This document shows positions 55,048 to 64,000 of a DNA stretch of 64,000 nucleotides, piece after piece (the first letter of the stretch is position 1; each line of letters starts with the position of its first letter). The position numbers and the translations under genes were made by a program. The notes beneath the pieces were generated by a model. The model worked only from the letters and a program-made list of their open reading frames with translations. It did no database searches and was not told the origin of the DNA. Source of the DNA: the human T2T-CHM13v2.0 reference genome, Homo sapiens; the NCBI RefSeq assembly GCF_009914755.1, contig NC_060929.1, one strand, 5' to 3'.

Positions 55048-55659
55048 TTTACAGAGCAATTCAGCCTTTTCTGTATTTCCTTTAGTGACTGACTTTGCCA
55101 GTCCTCTTTCTTCTCCTTGTCACAGGAAAGAACAGTCTCCATCATTAAAGGGACCATGATATGGATAGGATATCATGATGATATGATACTCATTTTGTAT
55201 ATTATTATAAAAAATCAGTATTTTCTCACACAGAAATAAAAATTCTCCTCACCACTTAGTTTATCAAAGGATTAAAGAATCATAGTTTGACTTGGAAAGA
55301 ACTTTAGAGATCATCTGGTTAAACCCACTGTATGTTTGAGCTCAAAACTCAGAGGTTCCCCAGAGCTCACCTAGATGCAACACATTTGGCTCATATCTGA
55401 GATACTTTATTCTAGCTGAGTCAGATAAGCAGCCTAGAGAGAAAAAAAAAGTATTAAACTCAACTAAGTATTCTAATAGAATTGCAGTGATCTTTACTTG
55501 AAAATATAGCTAAAGGTTAGTTTCTTTCTTGAGTTAAAGTAGAATCTAAGTTTGGTAAAAATGGAATTTTGTTTATGTCTTTGAAAGATGACTTGCTTAA
55601 TTTTATTCAAGCCATTGATTAACTTAGGAAAATTATGCCCTGGCTTCAATTTAAAAATG

Positions 55660-56132
55660 CAGTTAACCCTTGAAAAACTCAGATTAGGGGCACCAATCCC
55701 CTGCACAGTCAAAAATTCATGTGTAACTTTGACACTCCTCAAGCTTAACTACTCATAGCCCACTGATGACCAGAAGCCTTGTCAATAACATAAACCATTG
55801 ATTAATATATATTTTGTATGTTACATGTATTATATACTATATTCGTATAATAAGGTAAGCTAGAGAAAAAAATGTTCTTAATAAAATCATAAGGAAGATA
55901 AAATACATTTACCATTTATTAAGTGGAACTGGACCACCACAAAGGTCTTCATCCTTGTTGTCTTCACATTGAGTAGGCTGAGGAGCAGGAGGATTAGGAA
56001 AGGGTGGTTTGTCTGCGTGTTTTATCAAATTGTCAAAAAATCTCCAAAAAAATTACCAATATATTTATTGGAAATAATCCATATAAAAGTGGACTCATGC
56101 AGTTCAAACCCGTCTTGTTTAAGGATCAACTG
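55660..56132 (-). mobile_element. Tigger2-derived DNA transposon
   Basis: TIRs cagttaacccttgaa / tttaaggatcaactg|TA. Confidence 0.8.
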
Positions 56133-56284
56133 TATAATGATTTAGAGCTTCTGTGTAATTGATAATTGCAACCAAATTTTGGGGCTGAGGATACTTTCTC
56201 TCCATAATTGAATTCTTTGCTTTAGAGATTTCTATGGTGGGCAGGGGTGGGGGTTCAGGAGATGTAAAAATCTGTATCATAAAA

Positions 56285-56914
56285 ATTTATCAAACATGGA
56301 GTTATATGATTCAACAATTATACTCCTAGGCATATACTTAAGAGTAATGAAAACATGTATCTACACAAAAACTTTTACTTGAAAGAATGTTCATTGCAGC
56401 ATTATTAATAATAGACAAAAAGTGGAAACAACTCAGATATCCATCAGCTGAGGAATAGATAAACAAAACAAAGTAGATACCTCCTATCTATCTATCTACC
56501 TATCTATCTAATGGAATACTATTTGGCAGTAAAGAGGAATGAAGTACTAATACATGCTACGGCATGGGTGAATCTTGAAAACATTATGCTACATGAATCC
56601 AGTTTCAAAAGACTACATATTGTGCAATTCAATTTATATGAAATATCCAGAATAGGCAATTCTGTTGAGACTGAAAATAGATTAGTGGTTGCCTTGGGCT
56701 GGGGTGTGGAAGGAGGATGGTGAGGTGGTTGGGGAGAAATGTGGAGCGATTGCTAATGCGTGTGGGGTTTTCTCATTGGAGTGATGAAAATATCCTAAAA
56801 TTGATTATGGTGATGGTTGCAGAACTCAATATACTAAAACCCATTGAAGTGTATACTCTAAATGGGTGAATTGTATAGTATATGAATTATACCTTAATAA
56901 AGCTGTCATAAAAA
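56285..56914 (+). mobile_element. L1MB/ME-type 3' end
   Basis: ORF2 remnant MEYYLAVKRNEVLIHATAWVNLENIML; 3' UTR ends aataaagctg. Confidence 0.85.
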
Positions 56915-57011
56915 CATATATGGGGGAGAATATACCAACATTTAATGGTAGTTATATTGATTTTTTTGTTTAGTTTTTTTTCCAAGTTTTTATTTATTTT
57001 ATTTATTTTTT

Positions 57012-57385
57012 TGATACAAAAGACTTTATTGCAGCATGGGCTTCATGTTCACATTGGTTCTCCTTGCCCAGCAAGTCCCCCAGGGGCCTTGTGAGCAGCT
57101 CAGATAGATGCTGCACACACACTCAGTTTGTGTCACAGCTGAGGAACCCCAAACTAAAAAATCCCAAATCTTATAAGGAGACTGCTAGCAAGCCTGCCCA
57201 ACCCTTGCACTGGAAGAGGCTGTTATCTTTACTACCCTGGTCTGAAAACAAATCTGCCTTCATCCCCAGGGGAAACACTATTTCTCGGTTTCAAGACTGT
57301 TGGCCACAAAACCATCCTTCAAAAGATAATCCGGTAGAAAAGTTTTCACAGTAAGAGTAGGCACACCATGGAGAATGGCCTGCAG
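57012..57385 (-). mobile_element. ERVL LTR fragment (LTR40-like)
   Basis: Minus strand tgtgaacatgaagcccatgctgcaataaagtc resembles the recalled LTR40 R region. Confidence 0.5.
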
Positions 57386-58469
57386 CAGTCTGGTGTTGCA
57401 AGAGGGCTACTGTGGCTCCAAAATCATTTCTTCATTGAACTCTATTCAGACAAAAAGAGCAATGGAAAAAGATCCTTTTGCCCTGCAACTTTTTTTTTTT
57501 CTATTAGTGATAGAAGCCTTTTTTGGAGAGGTGCCAGGAAAGTTTCTATTAAGACTCTGGCCAGAATTGGATCATATGTTAACCTCCAGACAAAAAAAAC
57601 TGTGTAAGAGGAGGGACTTCTCCACTGTCTTAAATAATTACTTTTGTCTTTAAAAAAAGAAACACAAGTAATTTAAATGAAAAAAAACCTGTATTTTAAA
57701 GAAGATGTCTTAAATTCTTTCTGAAACAATATAGAATAGAAATATAAAAATGATATGCCAAGGAGCACATTTTGGAGTTGCTTGAGGCCAAGGATTTCTT
57801 CCATCTTGGTTTCTTCTCCCCAGCTGCTGCTCAGTAGGGACCAGTGGAGCTTGTTGAATTGAGTGGAATGTTGGGCTCTCACTCACTGATAAGTCTCATT
57901 TTGATATTTCTGTAAATAAGTGCCTCATTGTTGCTCCCAGTCCATATTTATACCGAGCAGGCAAAATGAAAGTTCTTATTAGTAGTCCCACTTTTAGGAA
58001 AAAAAAAAAAAGGAATAACTGGGATATTGAAACAAACTTTCAAAGTGTGACAACAGTCTCTGAATTAAGAGTGGCAAGTAGTCTCTCAAGTGCCTTTGCC
58101 ATTTTAATTCTCTGGCCATTGTGAATTGAATTTGTACACTAGGATAAAACATTGTAGCAACACATGCAGGTGCAGTAGTTAGTAGTGAAACAGCAATACT
58201 TACTAAGTGGAGAGGAAAAGGGTTGGCTTTTGGACTTACAGAGCTGGAAGGGTGGGAGGAAGTAAGGAGAAAAGGATTCATCTGTCTATGAATCTGGCAG
58301 TTCAGAAGTTGTGATAAAATAGCGCCAGTATTGGAAGTGTTTCAATTAGTTAATTCTAAAAAGTAAACAACTTTTCCTTCTCTGTCCTGATCCACAGCTT
58401 GTCTAACCATCCACCACATCTTGTCAGCTATGTATATTTTGGGCCACCAGATGTAGGTGGAGATGAGAA

Positions 58470-58650
58470 GCATTTATTCAGCACCTGTTAAGTGCAAAGC
58501 ACCCAGCTTGGTGCTGGGGATACAAGGGTTGAGCGGAAATCGATCTGGTCCCAGCTCTCCCAGAATTTACAGCCTATTGAGAAAAAAAGATTCATTCAAA
58601 GACTATGAACTACCCACCATGTATGCCAGAGAGGCACAGAGGCTGCTATG
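58470..58650 (-). mobile_element. L2 3' fragment
   Basis: gcatttattcagcacctg...gtgctggggataca...ggtcccagctctc. Confidence 0.6.
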
Positions 58651-60240
58651 AACACTACCATCAGGGTGTTTTTCTGACATTTGTGGGGGCAGGCAGAGCA
58701 AACTGAGAGCATGATCCTGGTTTTCCACCTGTGCTTTTGACACTACCCTGTAGATGTAAGCCAGTGGTGGACTTGGTTGTTAACAAGACAACACTGGTGG
58801 TCTGGCTGCGTCTGACCACGATTCTTCTGCCACATCCAAATGGTGATTAAAATCAGAATACTGAGCATCCTGTGTTTTTGGTGTAAGCTTTTTTATTTGC
58901 TTAAGTCTAGACTCTGTGGTCTCATTTGCAAAATAAGACAGTAAGACATGTGCATAGAGGTGAGATTTTTTAGGCGAATCTGTTTCTTAATGAGACACTG
59001 GCATGAATCTTACAGCGACTTAACCCTGTTCACTGGTGCAGTGTCACTAGTAAACATAAGTCTTAGAGATTATCTCTTGTTCCATTATAGTTTGGCAATA
59101 AAAAAAACCATGTTTATCAAGTTTGGCAAGTCTGATTTAGAGGAGTAATCCTTACTTCTGGGTGGGCTTGAGGGCAAGATTAATAGGCCTTTAAAACAGA
59201 ATAGGTAGAGTTACTGATACCATTATCTGCTAAAGGTTGCTATAGCAATGAGTGGTTTGATTGCACTGTGTAATTGGTGGTACAGTGGGTTAGTGTAAAA
59301 GGATCCTACTAATTTAACAGAAACTCTCCTAGAGCAATTTAATTAATCCATTAGAATGAATGCCAAATTCTTTGAAAGCTCTAAGATATGGTTCTGTTTA
59401 GTTCTAGGTTAATTAAAGATACATTATTATCTGGAATCAGCACAGTATCACTAATATTTTTAAATGATTTTTGGATAAAGACTTTCTACATTTAAGTTAT
59501 TTTTTAAATGATGAGGTACAATTTTTAATGAAGACATATATTTTAATATAGTTTGTGTTACTTGTTCTGAAGTGAAAAAAATTGCACTGGACTACACGGA
59601 AAAACGTAGGCATGGCAAGCTATAAAAACTAGTTCACTGGCCTTTTGAGAAGGGAAAGGAAGCTGGAACCTAAATGCACTACCAGGTGTGAACACATCCT
59701 CTGTAACTGCAAACTTCACTAACAGATGAGATTGCCTTTTCCATTAGCAATCTGGATAAAATGTGTACTGTTCTTCCGAATAAATGCTGTATGTACAGAA
59801 TTCTTTAGGAATGCAATATAATGATCATTTAAGAGTTTATGGCTGAGATGACTTTAAAGGAATGAATGTCCTAAAACAGGCAAAGTAAAAGGGTGTGACT
59901 CTTGATGTCTGTGCAGATGTGTCTGTTGAAACTCTGGTCCAGGTTATCCTTCCCTTCTTTTTTTTTTTTTTTTTTTTTTAACGCCTTTGTGGTTTCTTTC
60001 CTACTTATCCCAATTTTTAGTGTTTGAGTATATGAGTTTCAAAACCAAACCAAATCCCTACTGTACACTTATAATGTGCCAAATACCATGGTAGGTGCTT
60101 CACATCAATTTTCTGCATCTATGTAGTGGGACAAAAATGCTAATTTTAACTATGTGTTTTGGACTTTGGCACTTGAAAGCAGGTCCTTGAAGGGTGAAAT
60201 TAGCCCATTTTGACATTCCTACCTCTGGCAATGTTACTCT

Positions 60241-60257
60241 GCTGCCACCTGGAGGCC
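60241..60257 (-). promoter_or_regulatory. CTCF-like motif
   Basis: Reverse complement GGCCTCCAGGTGGCAGC, 11/12 to the core. Confidence 0.45.
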
Positions 60258-61718
60258 TTCTGTGGGATGTGCATTTAAAGGCCGGCAGGGATGCTGTGTA
60301 CACAAGCTGCCTGGGCTGGGTGTCCACTATGATCTTGTCCTCATTCCCTGCTGAGATCAGTTGACATGACCACACAAAATTGGGGTTATTACTTTGTTCG
60401 CTGGTTATTTCCTTGTTGGTTTAATCATAGAAGCTAATATGCATTATAAATTCAAGAGCAATATACTATTGTGGCATGCAAATGTAGTATTACTTGCTTT
60501 CTGCAAAGCAAATTCAAAGTTATTGTTGTCCAGATTTTTAGAAACACAAGACAAGGATTGTTGGTTTCTCTGCTCCATCCTGATCTTATTACTTATAGCT
60601 CCATCCTTGTAATTTGTCATCTTTATTATGATTTGTCATGTAGAGCCATATAAATGAATACCTTATACATTTTCTAAGCATAAACATGGATGATAACTCC
60701 TAGCATTGTTGCCCAGAAGTGAGAAGAGCTTGAATAAATCCACCTGCAGATTTGGGGCATTAGATAAATTAATAGGAGTGACAAAACGGAATAGGGAAGG
60801 TCTAGGTAATGAACCTGCTGGAAAACTTCAGGCGTTTCCCCAGGATTAGCATAAAGCAGGGCTGTGGGGGAAGGGATGTGGAGATTCCAGAAAAGGAGTG
60901 AGACCCCACAATGTTGTATGTTAATGCAAATCTGGGGTAGAGACTTTCAGTCATATGTCCTTGCTAGGGATATCGAGTGCTTTAATTTTCCCCAGGCCCA
61001 AACCTGTTCTTGGTGGTTATTTCGACAATAGCGGCTCTTGTTTAAGGGCAACTGAGTATTTGGGAACAGAACCAATCAATTAAACCACAGATAAAAATGC
61101 TGCCTTGGGTGAACCTTTTTTTTTTTTTTTTCTTCATCCCAGTACATCCTGACCACTACTGTTTCCAGGAAACCCTTTATTCAGAAAGAGGACACCCGGT
61201 GTGCCCGGGGCTGAGGTTGGAGCTGAGGGCTATGCTGGTGTTCTTGACCTTCAGTGATGTGTAAGGAAAAGCCAGACCTCTTATATAATGAATTACGCTC
61301 TTTTAAAACATATTGAAATCTGTGGTATTTGAGGAAATAGACATGTGGGATTTCCTCAGGTGGGTACGAGTCACGTCCTTACAATCTGCTATTTTGAAGA
61401 ACTTGCGGTAGTGAGCAGCCTTCCTTTGGAATCAAGGGCATTTATTTATTTAATGATAATTTTTTCCCCTTCAGGATTTCCTGTGAGAGCTCCTGGGCTT
61501 GTTTCCATCTTAGTCCACACAGATAATACCAGAGTATGGACAGTCGGGTTATTAGACACTCTGCTCTGTGGAGAGCTGATTTTTAAGAGGCCTAATCTAA
61601 AAACCTATCTCTGTGCAGAAGGCTCCTGGGCAACTCATTTACACTTGTCAGCTAGTAGTTGTTGTTCTTCTTAACAAAAGCTCCCATCAGCAGATCCTGA
61701 TAATTATTTCTTTTGCAG

Positions 61719-61771
61719 AGATTAAGAATTCAGTGTCCAGCAGATCAGCAGCTGAAAAGGAAGATATAAAG
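61719..61771 (+). CDS. ARHGEF28: ARHGEF28 exon 8 (53 nt): (E)IKNSVSSRSAAEKEDIK
   Basis: Acceptor ttttgcag|AG and donor AAG|gtaatg. G+AG=Glu keeps the frame. Confidence 0.93.
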
Positions 61772-61909
61772 GTAATGAATGACTCCCTGCTTCTTTCTTT
61801 GCACGTCTTTCCATAAAGTAGAAATGAAGATTTAGTGGTAATAAAAATGTTTAAAAAACACTAAAAAAAGGATGTGCCCCAAGTCACTTTCAGAATAATG
61901 TGAAATTCT

Positions 61910-62223
<314 letters not shown>

Positions 62224-62647
62224 CCATTTTCTTTATCAAATTCTTAATCCCTATTCTTTATAACCAAACCTAGCTATCTTTCTGAGTTGTAGTTGTATAT
62301 GCAAGATGATTGAATACATTCTGCAAAACAAATTTCTACTTGAAGTTTGATGTTTATAGATATTTGACAACAATGTGATTACAAGAGTAAATGTGGGAGA
62401 TGTCCTCTGAGAATAAAATAACCTGTGTACAGCTTTCAGGTGTGTTTCAGCTTGGGATAGATTCATTACTCACTTTTAGCTGTTAAATAATATTAAGTAT
62501 AAGACTAGTTTTCTGTTTACATGTGATGATACTTGTAACATGTTTTCATTGATGCTTTCCAAGGTTGTTTTTCTAGTTCACAAAAATAAACATTAGTGTA
62601 GCATATATGTAATTTTTTAAAAATCCACCTGACTTTATCTCTTCCAG

Positions 62648-62708
62648 CGTGTCAAAAGCCTGGTGGTTCAACACAATGAACATGAAGACCAGCACAGCCT
62701 AGATTTGG
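62648..62708 (+). CDS. ARHGEF28: ARHGEF28 exon 9 (61 nt): RVKSLVVQHNEHEDQHSLDL
   Basis: Acceptor tctcttccag|CGT and donor TTGG|gtatga. In frame with exon 8. The gene continues beyond both ends of the window. Confidence 0.92.
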
Positions 62709-64000
62709 GTATGAAATAACGCTTTTACCTATACTCGTAGGGGCATCCCAGATCCAGGTTTAGAGTGGACAAGAAGCAAGTAAATTTTAACATAAAATAT
62801 TCCTTCCTGGTAACCTTATCTATTTCCTGAAACGCATCCAGATAAATTTTATTTGTAGGATCATTTGTAATACTATGACTCTAGAGGTTGAGACTCCATT
62901 TACAATCTAAAAAACAAGGCAATCAAAGCTTTTCCTGAACAGTTTTACTCTGAGCCAGAAGCTGGCTCTGGACTTGTCATATGTTCCCTTGTTATTTCTG
63001 TGAAGTAGGCACTACCAGTCTCAGGTTCAGGTGAAGCAGTTGAAGCACTGGTGGAGAGTAGATGGTGGAACCGAGACTCATAACTTCATTCCACCTGGCC
63101 CTAGAATCTCCAAGCTTACCAAAATCCCATTTTGATGCCCAGTGGGGTCCCCTTGGAGCTGAGCCTATGTGATCTACACTGCTGAGCTCAGGAAAAGACC
63201 AGATGTTTGTTCTGGGATTTGAGTCTGATGTGAGTGTCCTTTCAGAGGAACCAGGTGTTCCTCCACCCTTGGCAAGGTAGAGGTATTTCCTCCCTCTGAC
63301 CTGGGAATTCTCATCTGATTACAATATTCTGTTTCACAACTCCCTGAGGACCCCTTCCTAAATCTCCTCCCAGGTACTCTCTATTTCTTCAAGGCTAATT
63401 TGGACCCCAGCCCTATCTCTTGAGTTACTTAGAGGTGAATAGAGCATAATGAAGCTAATGGGGTGTTTGAAGATACAGGCTGAGCTATCAGCAGAGGCTG
63501 AGTTTGGGCACCTGGATGTCTGTGAAGACCTCTGGGGCTGACAAGTGAGAGGCAGATGAGCACGAACCACTCCAGTTGGTTTCCTCTGGTTCTGTGAAGC
63601 TGAGGCATCTCACACACCTGGAAGGCACACATGGGCAGGACAGTCTTAGAAGTTGCAAGGGGTGAGGTGTTGCTGATGGTAGTGACTGAGGGCTCAAGCT
63701 GATGTGAAATCAGGAAAAGCTAAATCAATGCTCAGAGTGAGATTAATGGAGAAGGTGGGTAACCCACGGGGTCACCGTGAGCCTACACGTGCATGGGGCT
63801 CCCTGGAGGCTGAGGGAGTGTGGTTGGTATGCTGTGCCAACACACGACAGAGCAGTTACAACCATTCGGAAATCATGCTGTGTAGAGCAGAGCAAGGAGG
63901 AAGCACCCTTGGTGTTGGTTGATGGTGTTGCTAGTAGCTTGGCCACATGCCAGAGGTGGTTTCCAGGATCTTGCTGCATGTGGCCCTACTGAAATTGGAA

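Overview
Human (primate) genomic DNA lying entirely inside ARHGEF28 (RGNEF/p190RhoGEF) on the + strand. Seven internal coding exons (conventionally exons 3-9; 991 nt, approximately codons 12-342) splice in frame through GT-AG introns. The remainder is intron rich in Alu, L1, L2, L3/CR1, MIR, MaLR LTR and Tigger/hAT repeats. There are no prokaryotic features. The most unusual structure is a full-length, sense-oriented THE1B element (34198-36460). Both of its LTRs carry a DUX4-type motif and a CAG|GTATGT donor, and it is enclosed by a ~200-bp inverted repeat (33990-34197 vs 36947-37144) with patchy near-perfect identity, which suggests an invertible or RNA-looped cassette. Other notable items are a 57-bp locally templated insertion in an Alu tail, a probable L1 3' transduction nested in an MSTA LTR, a young AluYb8, a frameshifting tandem acceptor at exon 6, and a symmetric exon 4 flanked by inverted Alus. 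Gene identity, residue numbers and repeat subfamilies come from recalled consensus sequences, not database searches.
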